Position numbers and translations under genes: made by a program. Of a DNA stretch of 64,000 bases, positions 39,001-50,328 are shown in pieces (the stretch's first letter is position 1; each line of letters starts with the position of its first letter). The notes under the pieces were generated by a model. That model was not told where the DNA came from. It did no database searches and saw only the letters and a program-made list of their open reading frames with translations. The stretch comes from Fimbriosthenelais zetlandica (taxonomy: Eukaryota). The stretch covers positions 18,290,001 to 18,354,000 of the forward strand of contig OZ365118.1 in assembly GCA_977030845.1 (NCBI GenBank), read 5' to 3'.

Positions 39001-42000
39001 TCTGACCTGCTTTATTGTTAATTCACTGTACTACCTTCAGGACCAGCTGCTGGAGTCTGGACGTTCAAGCTCCTGCTCCCTCTCTCCCATCCCCCTCCCA
39101 TCCCCCTCCCATTCTCCTCCCCACCTCAAGCTTAACATCTACAAACCCCCTGCCCCTCTCCTACCACCATCTCCCACCCCCTGACCCAACCCCACATTCC
39201 GTGACCCCCTCATAACACCCAACCTAACCCCCAACTTTCCTTGTATACCTGCAACCCAACCACACCCCTACCTGCACCCCTTCCCCATCCCCCAACTCCA
39301 AGCTCCTTTCCCCACCCCACCCCACCACCCATCTCCCCCATAAATAGCCGCTGGTCTCGGTGGGCCTGCCCCAGCCTCCAGTGAGTGATGTGGGAGAGGG
39401 CCGCGTGGGGGCGCTTCTATATTTCATTTAATGGATTGCCTCTTTTCCTCCGCTCCACTTTGGACTCAATTCATCAAAGCTGGCCATAAAGTTGGTGCTA
39501 ACTTTTCTGCTGGCTAAGCCCGGATGGATCCCCGCGCCCATCCATGCTGGTTTGCTCGTCTTCACCCCCAACCCACCCACGCTCTACTACATGTACTAGC
39601 TCTACTACTACTACTACCGTTGAGATGTCATAGAGTGATTTGTAACTCCTGGTGTAACTTGTAAGCACCCCCAACCTCCCTGAGGTATGTGAGAACAACT
39701 CATCAACCCATCTCTCTATATAGAGGTGTTCGGGTTCATGATTCCAACTTTCGTATACTACATGACGTTCAGTTTCTCAGTGGCCATGCATTCCACATCA
39801 GTGTAAAGGGATTGACTAGCCTACCCTTTCCTTCTTAATCCACTTTCTCTCCAGGAATACAACGCCTTCGAAAAGTTCAAAACATCAAACATATAGATAG
39901 ATGTATTATTAGTTGTGAAGATGGCCCTTTATTCCTAAATGTACTGGATGTATTCTCAAGTTTAAGCAGATCATCCAGTAGAAATGATTGCTTAGTCAAA
40001 TGTAGTTTGGTTTTTTCATGCGTGAGGGAGCCACTGAGATAGACATAACTTATCCCCGGAACACATAGGTGGCGCTACGGTTTGTGCTGTGAGGGATTTT
40101 ACACAGCTCAGCCCATCTTATTATATGCACCATAGCAACCATTTCAGAAGCAAAATTGACTGAGAATTGTTAGATTTTGCCAAACCATCTCCCCCAGCAC
40201 GGACGCCCAAACAATTCGAATTTAATAATGCAATAACTTTTGTTTAAACTAGATTGGAGGAAAGGGCTTTTTTCATTAAATATCGAGGGGGAAAATCGCC
40301 TTAAACTTAACTATATATTTCCCAGGTTCTCATGGAAGGCTGAAAAAAAATCAAAAGTTCACTCATGCATTCCATGGGTCCACTGACCAGACTGTCCTTC
40401 TATACATCCCTTCCTTACATCCATACCTCTCTACCTTCCTACATCAGAGATGGATACTCTCTCCATCTATTCTCCTGACGCAGGCAGTCGTGAATAACTC
40501 ATGACAGAGATGTATGTACAGTTTCCGAAAACATCCAGGCCACCAAGACCTACTTCCATTCTCTGTGACTTGGCTGAAAAGGGAAATGTTCAGCCAAGCA
40601 TAACGCCTCTCTCTCCCCTCAACCTTTTATAGATCTTTAAGCCAGGTGTGAGTACAGGTATTCCTGCTGGACTCCTTAATGCCACACTACCTGTATATCC
40701 ACATTAAATACCTGCATTAGTGGTATTAAAGCCACCTTAATGCTTGTAATTATAGGTAGGCCAACACCATCTCAAGTACCTGTATATATTGAAAAGTACA
40801 GGAGAAAATATACCGGTATATGAGTGGACCCATGCTGTGGTAGGGTGCATGCATACACACCAGTGGAAGCACGGAGTCTGCATCAGTTCTTAGAACTACT
40901 AGTGTTGAAGTGCACCCTTTATCCCTGGACCAGTGGCACTTCTAAAAGACTGGAGGCAGACATGGGGGAGATATAGAAGTACCAGACATACAATAGTAGC
41001 CGCAGCATCGACCAAGGACAACTCTCCAGCATAAATGACTGGTTTTGTGCATTATAAAGCAGTGTTTTATTATAAAGCAGTGTTTTATTATGCTGGTGTT
41101 TTTTAATGTCCTCGCCTCAGTGGATGTACATTACCTGGCCTGTCTCGTATTGGTTATAGTCATTGCTGTGTATATCAAAACCTGCCGTACTCGCAGGTCC
41201 GAGGGCTGTGCACAGAAAAGACTGGAGTGTGATTTATCTATGAAAACACCAGTCAACATTTACGTCAATCAGTTGTGTGTGGATTCATAAGAACATTAGT
41301 CAAGGATTGGTATCCGTGTGTGTGTCATAGGTCTCCATCCCACTATACTCCACACATAACCCATGCAGCTGATCCATAGGAACAATAACCTGTGAGGAAA
41401 TTGGAAGTATAGAGAGTATTCATATGAGGCTGCTTTACCATTGGGAGGAGGAAACTGGAGACTACATTAAATCCATTAATCTGTTGTGAATAAGGATACC
41501 AGATGACAATGGATGAGGATAAGCCTCAATCCGCTGGGTAAGTTAATCCCCCATCAGTCCGTATATAGACCTATACCAGCGTCTGTGACATAGTACATCC
41601 CAGTGGAGACCGGAGTCTTCATGTCAATTATATTTAATACAAGTTATGTAACGTCCAGCTAACCATGGTTTACACTTGGCTGTTCTTGTCTTCATGACCT
41701 CAGGTATTTTGCCCTAAGGTATATTTTAAGGTCCCATTAAAGCTGTTAAGTATACAAGATTCTAACTTGTATTGTACTGATTTATACATAAAAAGTGGGA
41801 GTTGAATGAGGAAACTAGTTTTATACCAAGCAGTGTACTGTGATACAATATTTATAGTGAAATCTGAGCCCTGATCTCTGTAATACAATACATGTATGTT
41901 TTTAATATTGGCATCATGCACCAGTGACAGGTCACATGGACTGACCCACTTGTTGATTCAGTGCAAAAGACATGTAAACGGACAGATGAAGAAAACCCAG

Positions 42001-42199
42001 TAAAAAATGTACAAGTATAAGATGGGAAGGCCTCCTGGTTTATGTCTCATGGCGTGGACCTGGGGCTGGGAGCTGGGAGGTGTATTTATGTGATTATATC
42101 ACTTACAATAGACCGGTGTTATGATGGGCGTTCTATGGCACATTACTTGCCAGGCCCTGAGGAAGGTGACATGTCGCATATTATACACATGGTCATTAT

Positions 42200-42363
42200 C
42201 CTCAAAGTTATCCCAAACCCTTAATATACTTCCCACGATAAGTCTAACCTCAATAAATAGTAAAAGCAAATTGCTGCCTTTGGAAAAGAGCAGGTTATTC
42301 TGTGCCGACAGCGAGTTTTCTACTCGTTCTGAGACAGGTGATAAATTGCTGACTCGACATTAA
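42200..42363 (+). mobile_element. Decayed coding-like repeat, copy D (3' part)
   Basis: aagagcag...gtgccgacagc...tctgaga block shared with 21117-21160; ttttctactcgtt shared with copy A at about 7323. Confidence 0.4.
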
Positions 42364-44879
42364 GAAACGTTACCACTAATAGATTGTATAATAATTACTA
42401 TATTAGATATATTAGAACGGAAGTATCTGATTATTAAATACCTAGTTATCTCTATGTGTTATGGGACCAAGGAGGATTTCATATGTCTACTGTCTGTGAC
42501 ATATATACGGTGTTTGGTATATTTATCATGTTACCAATATGCGCCATGCATACATAATTACCCAGTGACATGCTACATGCTTGGGGGCCATGATACATAC
42601 GGTCAAATACACACACACTTCCAAATGAATTTATTCTCAGATAGTTTAATATAGTCAAATCAAAACAGCCCTTAGTTGTGAAACTATGGAAAACTCATTC
42701 ACAGAAGTTTCAGGTGGTTTTTGTTTTGTTTTCTTTTTCCCCAGAGAGGTATTAGTTTCAGGGTTTCTAACATCCACACCCCTGTTTTAATTACGATCAT
42801 CATTTGATACACATGACCTATCAGATAGTCTGGTAGGTCTGTAATAGTAGAAGAGTAGAGGGACATTGGACCTGATCCAGGGGACCGTTTCAAAACTGAT
42901 ATTGGCCATTGACTTAGCATTGATATATTCCTCTTCAAATGGGCTCCAGATGTTTCAATTCACTCAGTGCATAACATGTCAGTACAAACTCTTTATCATG
43001 GGTTAACTGGACCAGAGAACCTTCACTGGACTCTCAGAGCCTGCTAGCCATTCTTTACTTGCTGAAATCAAAAACCTTTAGTTGTCAACACTTTTGAAGG
43101 CAGAGACTTCACATAAAAAAGTCCACACTAAATACAAGATCCTGATTTGGGATCGTAACCTCCTCTCTCTATGACAATGAAAGTATTTAATTTGTAATTA
43201 ACAAGAGTCATTATGAGCTTAATTAAGAGTGATTAATAGACATTAAAGAATAGCTTATGAACTAAAACAAACCATGAGTGATCAAAGGATGAATTAAAAA
43301 TAATTTAATAGTATTTAAAATAAAAATAATATAAGTAATGAGAGTTGTAATCTAAGATGGCAACTGTAGATGTACTATACAATGTTCTGAAGGTTGGGAA
43401 GGAAAACAAGTGATCATTTGTAGGTATTTATCAAATGTTGTTAACAGTTTGTGTTATTTCTAACCTACACATGTTACCAGATCTCTGCCATTTCACATGT
43501 TATGAGAACATGGTAGGAATGACATGTGTGGCTGACATTGTGTCACCCTTGTTCCACTCCTCTTCTCTGTGAATTGTTTGGAGTCCAACGTCCATATTTG
43601 TTGATTACAAACTCAGTGCATTTAACTTAGAGAAAGTGATCAATTGACGCCAGATGTGATGCCATCAGTTACCCAAGTCCGTGTACTTTTCTGGATTTGA
43701 TCTTTCCTTATTTGTTGGAAATGGATTCAACTTTAAATGCAAATCAAGCATATCAAATGGCAAATTTATGTGAATATTTATGTCCTGGGGTTTTCTTCTC
43801 CAGAAGTTATTCATCTGTGCAACTTTTGCATGATTTTCTATTCATGTGAATCACCTGCGCTTTGATGTACAGTTGATTTCCCACACTTGGAGGTTGTCAA
43901 CTTTTGACATAACAAAGCCGCCATTGTTGGGGCGGTGTTGAGCTATAGATGCTAACAGAAGTCAAGGGTGGTCGGGTATGATCGATCCTAAATGGGTTCC
44001 TAGGGTGGAAGTGAGGTGACAAAGGTGAACATGTTAAATGGAAGGGGAAGGGATCACTTCCTCCTGGCTGCTCGCATTGTTTATTGTTCCCTGAAGATAA
44101 CATTTTACATGTTTATTTTGTCCCGCCTCTTGTTATTCCTACACCTACAGATACACCCTGATTTTTGCCCATTTTACTGGCAGACAATATAACTATGGAG
44201 CTTGACACTGTTGGCAGACGAAAAATGACAATTTTTACTTGCATTCTACTTAGTTTACCTCGAAAACAAATGAAAATGAATATTTGAGGCAAAATGTAAA
44301 CATGCATCTTAAATGATTGTTTTGGCCTAATTTGAATCAACTACAGTCGATTGTATGGCAATATTATAGACTTTATAAGTCTATAGATTGCCATGATAAC
44401 ACCCACTGGCAGTGAATTGTAGTTTGTACCTATGAACAGCCTCACATTGACTGAAGGGATTTAGTTTTTGTTGAGTGTAAACCGTGGCAGGACACATCCA
44501 CACAGACCCATTATCCTACTTGTTATTCCTCCACCGACCACGGCCACTAACTGGGCCAGGCCAGGCTTGACATGCTTTCTGACGTTTAGATCTTTTTATA
44601 TTGTATTATGGGAGGTCCCAGGTGTGAATTTATTCATTTTCTAAAGGAGCGAAAGGAAATTTTTGAAAGAAAATCGATTGAGATGGACCTAAACTGCAGA
44701 CAGAATAGAAGAAATCATTGCTTCTTACGTGACAAACTTTGTCAATAAATAACAGAATTATTTGTTTTCTTTAGATATTGAACAGTTTTCATTTGATCAG
44801 ACAGTCACTTAGGTTTATAGGCATTATTTCCCTATTCCTATGTGCCAAAGTCCCCTTTCCTATCACCTGCCTGCCGCCT

Positions 44880-45135
44880 CGTGTCAGAATCGAGAACTAC
44901 TTCCGGTTAGTTCCGGGTTTTCTCGCCAGGTGTAAACACATGGCGATGTACAGGCGTAAACTCGCTGAAAACGCTCATCTAAAGCCTCGACAATACTTGA
45001 ATTTTACTCATGGGGTAAGTTTTCCACTATCTACGAATAAATATTAAAATTGACGCCTGGGTAATAGTGTTTTCCTGTTTAAATCGCTGGGAAATGAGTC
45101 GACTCGTCGATCGGAACCAAAATGGCGGTCGCCTG
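44880..45135 (+). promoter_or_regulatory. Putative otopetrin promoter / first-exon region
   Basis: CpG-richer than its flanks; ETS-type ACTTCCGG (44899-44906) and TTCCGG (about 44911); YY1-type CAAAATGGCGG (45118-45128) just inside intron 1; strong donor at 45015. Confidence 0.5.
45010..45014 (+). CDS. Otop: Otopetrin candidate first coding exon (ATG GG|gtaagt)
   Basis: Strong GTAAGT donor at 45015. Phase 2 matches exon 46073. In-frame TGA upstream at 44998-45000. Lies within a promoter-like region. Confidence 0.5.
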
Positions 45136-48100
45136 AATGCTCCTTATATTGAGAATTTCATAACTTTAAACGGAGCTTAAGGGAGGGTGAGAAATCCTCA
45201 TGCCTTCCATCCACTGCCAGGATAGTCAGAGTGATTATAAAAGATCTTAAAAACTAGAATAGCTGCTATAAATGAAAGGAAATTCATTTGTCCATGAACC
45301 TGAATGTCAGCCCCTTCACTCGATCATTTATATAGAGTCCTTCCACCTGTCTGCTCATGGCATGATAATTCTTTACACCTATAAAAAGCTGCCTTTTCAC
45401 ACCATGTCTATCGTCTGTGTAACTAGAGAAAACCATTGAGCAAAAGTTGAGGCCTTGAATTCACTGTGTTCACCGATGCTTACAGGGGACCACCTGAACT
45501 TAATTAGCCATGAGGTCCCGCCCCACAATTATATAAACAAACTAACGTTTTTCATTGACGACCGTTGGAGGGATTTGTTGAGAGGCAAAAAAATGTTAAT
45601 TTAAATTTATATCCTGTTGTATTCAACATGCCCAGGTTGTTCTATATACGGTCCCTGCCTTTGAAATAGAGCGAACATATTTTTTTAAGGGCGAAAGGAA
45701 AATGTTGACATAAGAGATGGTTGGTATTGAAAGGTAAAGCTTGTGTAACTGAACCATTACAATAGTAGACAGTCTCTAGACACTGCTCACGTTCAACACT
45801 GACCCAGAATTATCAATCTCTACTTTATTATGCAGTTTATATGCCTGGGGAGAAAAGTGGTCACGGTTTAAATATGTGAGTTAATCATGGTATGAAGTGA
45901 TTTAAATTTATTCTATATAATCCTCCAAGGAGTTATTCAATGAAATGTGATAAAATATCCTATACATTTCTACTGTGAGGTAATTGATTTAATTGTTGGT
46001 CAGCTGTTAATTAAAAGTACAATTTAAATGCTATATAAACTAATGTTTTGTATGTTTTTCATGTGTTTACAGGAGTTCAGTAGCCAGTACGTTAGGATGT
46101 CTCTATGCCCTGCTCATCACCGTTCTAGGAGTTGTTTTTCCTATTATTTACTTCGTGGATGGTTCAGGTCAGGACAGTGGCCTATATCTCACAGTGAGTA
46201 ATTATATTACAATCATTAAATCTCTGATTAATAGGTTAAATTTTAATTACTCATTACAATAATGATTGCCTGAAGACTTAAGTTTCCAGAGGGCGCCACT
46301 GGATGGCCACTGGAGTGAAGATAATTGAATGATCCATTTGAGCAATACTTTTAGAATCATTTTATTATAGATCCTGTTAAAATTACTGTAGGCTAAAGTA
46401 ATGTAATCTTCATGATATTTTTAATCGGTAATTACTAATATTTTATCATAAACCTTGTAGATTTTCCACATCTACATCTACACGGTGGCCCTGTTCTTCC
46501 TCCTCTACCTACAATGCTGTCTAATGACTAAGCGCCGTAAGAAGTCGTCCTATATGGATGATAGGACTGATTCTATAGACTTTGATGCTTTACCTGAGCC
46601 TAAGTTAGGTGAGCAGACCCCGCCCCCATCATCAGCCGAGGCGGCCAGAGATACAGAAGACAGCGGTCACTATAACGATGATACAAACCCACTGGAGGAG
46701 AAAACAAACAAGTTAGAGAAACCCTCGGCATTCTCTCACACTGCCGATGGCCTTAACTTCTTCCTTAGATTTGGAATAATAGGTAAATTATGAATAAATC
46801 GCTCTTTCACTATAGTATTGTATGGAATATTGTGATACATAGAGAAGTAATAATTTACTGATCGTGTTACACACATATACCTGTAACAGTATAGTTGATA
46901 GATAGTCGATAATGTTTTGTTTAATATGGTGTTAAATAATGCTGACAATCGCACCCTCATCTTTCAGTGTTCGGTATGGGGTGTGTGGTACTCGATGGTT
47001 TCCGTCTTCTACAGTTTGTAGAGACTAGCTCCACCTGGTTGTGCTATGGTAACTTCTTCCTGTCTCAGACAGCCCTCGGTCTGGTCTTCATATTCGCTGA
47101 GACGTTTTTCATCTTCAAAAACCACAAGGTAAGTGTTTCCTACCATAATAAATATTTGACATAGATTTAAGTTTTGTTGGATAAGATTAGTTTAAGATAC
47201 TGTAGATTTAAGTCACGAAACACATTGGAAAATGGGAATTAGATATATCCACTTATATCTCTCGCATATACAACTGTTACTTTCTTTTAATTCAGTTGAT
47301 TGTAAACTTTAAGAAGCCATTTGTCAAGTTTGGTTTGATCCACATGGTGGCCACCAATCTGTGTATCTGGGCGTTTACTATTGCTCTGGAGACGTCAGAA
47401 TCCTACAACCTCCTGAGGACTGAGATTCCTGGTGTGAGAAACACTGGAGCTTCATCACAATCCGCACTACCTACACAGTCTGATGGTGAGTCGGTGCTGA
47501 CACTACAGTGGAATACTCCACATAATCTGACTATAACTGCCATTACATCCTAGACATAGATATATAGAGAGTCTATATATCTATGATCCAAGAATCATTT
47601 GTATGAAGGATATGGCTAAATCTTGCAAATTATTTCGCACAAATATAGCTGCACGTTCAGATTACCACAAAGATCCAGAAATGGAATTTTGGCATGCAGG
47701 AAATCAGAGTGGAAACCGTCAGAAAAGCTCACTCTTTTATAGAAGGCATTGAACACACAATCGCACACATGAAGTGTCAAATCCTGCATGGAACAGATAC
47801 ATTCTGACAGCTATGGAGTAGACGCATGGTAGTTCCTCAAACCCTAATCCACAATACAGATTATATTTTATCATTTAATTGTTTTTTAAGGTGATTTCAA
47901 TGGGCCTCCCTTCATGAATATATCCATCACCGTTCACAAGCTGTGTCACGAGCAGCGCACCCTGGCTGACAAGAGCGCCACCTACCTCTACCCCTGTAAG
48001 ATACAGTTCTGTATCATCGCGGCTGCTGCCCTCTGCCGGATCTTCTCTAATGTAGGAGGCGCCATCTGGATCCTGCCCCGGACGGCCGGGGACCGTCACC

Positions 48101-48861
48101 GCGGGATCTGTCACAAGGCTAACTCTGGTCTCTTCCTGGGTCTCATTGTCGTGGTGGTGACTTGTATAGCTACATGTTTCTTCCTGCTCTATAAGCGGGC
48201 TGATCAGCTGCCTCTACAAGGCTTCGTCACCATGCTGGTCTTCTTCTCTAACAATCTAGCTGTCCTGGCTCTGGCCACCATTGTCGTTCTCATTGCCTTC
48301 TGTAAGGTCACCCAGCTTGGTGGCGGCAAGCTCGAGGACCCCTTCAACCAGAACATCATGTTTTTTGGTGTGGCTGGATATTACGCCTTCTATGTGTGTA
48401 TTATCGTTCCATCCATCGCTATGGTGAATGGGGAGGGTGGGCCTGGTCTCTCAGCTAAGCTCTTTGTAGTGGTATGTCTCCTGGCTATGGTTCAGGCCAC
48501 GGTTCAGGTGACTTTGATTGTTGATTCTCTCCGCCGTCACGCCTCTACACGGCGACATCTCAAGGTTAAACCCGGGCGATCATTTATCACCTTCCTGCTC
48601 ATTACTAACCTGGCTCTGTGGATCATAGATTCATTCATGCTCCAGGAGCTTCACGCCGCCCCCTCATTTAACACATTCTATAACAGAGTAGCCTGGCAGA
48701 TCCTCATCCACGCCCTCCTCCCCATCGCTGTCCTCTTCCGCTTCCATTCTGCTGTTTGCTTCGCTGATATTTGGTCAAATGCTTACAAAAAGAGACCTAA
48801 TGCTAATATGTCCTTCATGGAAACGGAAAGTACACAGTTACAAGTCCAACATGTAGGATAA
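45010..48861 (+). CDS. Otop: Otopetrin-family proton channel, 6 coding exons (45010-45014, 46073-46193, 46461-46782, 46968-47128, 47296-47485, 47891-48861), 1770 nt = 589 aa plus stop; first exon uncertain
   Basis: Hand-spliced exons all have AG/GT boundaries and matching phases. Family motifs: LYALLITVLGVVFP, FFLRFG, FGLIHMVATNLCIW, YLYPC, CHKANSGLFLG, FLLITNLALW, FYNRVAWQI, FRFHS, DIW. Multiple hydrophobic helices. Confidence 0.93.
46073..46193 (+). CDS. Otop: Otopetrin exon (TM1: SSVASTLGCLYALLITVLGVVFPIIYFVDGSGQDSGLYLT)
   Basis: tttacag acceptor, gtgagt donor, open hydrophobic frame resembling otopetrin TM1. Confidence 0.9.
46461..46782 (+). CDS. Otop: Otopetrin exon (TM2, acidic cytoplasmic loop, FFLRFG)
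   Basis: ttgtag acceptor, gtaaat donor; IFHIYIYTVALFFLLYLQ...HTADGLNFFLRFGII. Confidence 0.93.
46968..47128 (+). CDS. Otop: Otopetrin exon (FGMGCVVLDG...FIFAETFFIFKNHK)
   Basis: ctttcag acceptor, gtaagt donor, phase consistent. Confidence 0.93.
47296..47485 (+). CDS. Otop: Otopetrin exon (FGLIHMVATNLCIW)
   Basis: ttcag acceptor, gtgagt donor, hallmark otopetrin motif. Confidence 0.95.
47891..48861 (+). CDS. Otop: Otopetrin terminal coding exon (C-terminal half)
   Basis: ttttaag acceptor; includes track ORF 47914-48861; TAA at 48859-48861. Confidence 0.95.
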
Positions 48862-49080
48862 CTCTGATAGAGTGGACTATTAGAATATCAATACATACTC
48901 TGACCATACACGGGAAGAGTGGAAGTGTCTTCCAGATGCCCATTTATGAACATTTACAAAGACTTCTCTGAAAATACATATCAGGATATGAGGACATAAT
49001 ACGGTCATTTTCCAATGGAAAAAGAACATCTAGGTTCATTTAATATTGTACTTTATATAGTGGAGATGGATGGGTGATGA

Positions 49081-49086
49081 AATAAA
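49081..49086 (+). terminator. Candidate poly(A) signal AATAAA for otopetrin
   Basis: AATAAA about 220 nt after the stop codon; motif only. Confidence 0.35.
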
Positions 49087-49188
49087 ACTTACACGTGCTT
49101 CGAGATATCTAGATCCTGAGAATGAGTAACAAACACTGTGCTTTGATGATAACTCAGATGGAGTAAAGAGCTGCTCCTGAGTTTAGAC

Positions 49189-49194
49189 TTTATT
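49189..49194 (-). terminator. Candidate poly(A) signal (TTTATT on +) for the GPCR
   Basis: Minus-strand AATAAA about 1.1 kb past the GPCR stop; motif only. Confidence 0.25.
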
Positions 49195-50328
49195 TAGATT
49201 TTGATTTAGAGAACATCTTCACAACTATTCATATATACCGATGCACCGAGCTGGAGCTGTTCACACCGAGTAGTAGTGTCTCTTGATATCAGTTTGTAGT
49301 AAGACATGTTCATTTAGACAGCTCACTAATACCATATCACTCACCACTGTGTTCACATTCCAAGCATATTATTCCCAAGTCACAATTAGCAGGAGTGAGT
49401 CAACTACTAACTGCCTCATACAATGTAGCGAATTTTCAGTCCCAATGACTCTATACTTTATAGATGAAAGTCTAACACGTCAAAGTCACTTAAACTTCTG
49501 CATTATCATAACATTATTCTATTGTATTATTGAAAATAATACAGGACTATCACCGCACCCAAGTACCTGCTTTTATCTTATTAGAGGTGATTCCCAACCT
49601 CAATGTTATAGTGTACATAGTATTGATATGATTCTTGGATGAGTTCAAAGTGAGAAGAGAAGTTTTAAGTAACGGTACAGAATGGCTAGTCTCTTATATG
49701 AAAGCTGGATTGAGCAAAACATCATAGAATTGTAAAGAAAAACACTGAAATGGTCCAATGTTGTGACACAAAATAGCTGCTGATATTTTCTTCGCAGAGA
49801 ATATTTTCCATAATAAATATATTAAAAACATTTCCATGAACTTACACTGATTCATCATGTCAGGCAAATTGACATTTACTGATATTAACAACAAATTGTA
49901 CATTCAGAACCCAAGGATTCACCAAGCCACACACGCTACAGACTAGAATAATTCAAAATAAATAACTACTGAAATGCATGGAAAGTTTAGGCAATGTCTT
50001 CCTAACAGAGTATACTGAATGGAAGCATCAAAAGGTATAAATATATGCTTATATACAAGTACAGAGCTGGACGGAACCCTGATATTGATAACAAAAATAG
50101 TCCTAGTTTTTGTCAGAGATACAGTTGAAGCTCAGTTATTTCCAAACTCTAAACAAGCCTGAGTTTCTTAATATGTTAAGCTGAAAAATGACACCCCACG
50201 AAGGATGAAATGAGATCAAATTGTTCACTTGTGAGTATTGACAATCAATGAATGTCTTGATTGTGTTTAGAACTGTTTAGTCTGTTTCTGTGATCTTCAG
50301 AAACTGTTTAGAACTGTTTAGTCTGTTT

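Noticed and set aside
41135-41205. Possible minus-strand exon (LGPASTAGFDIHSNDYNQYETGQ) with AG/GT boundaries
   Set aside because: No convincing partner exons or homology; such short stop-free frames are common by chance.
47875-48114. 79-aa minus-strand ORF
   Set aside because: Antisense shadow of the GC-rich otopetrin exon.
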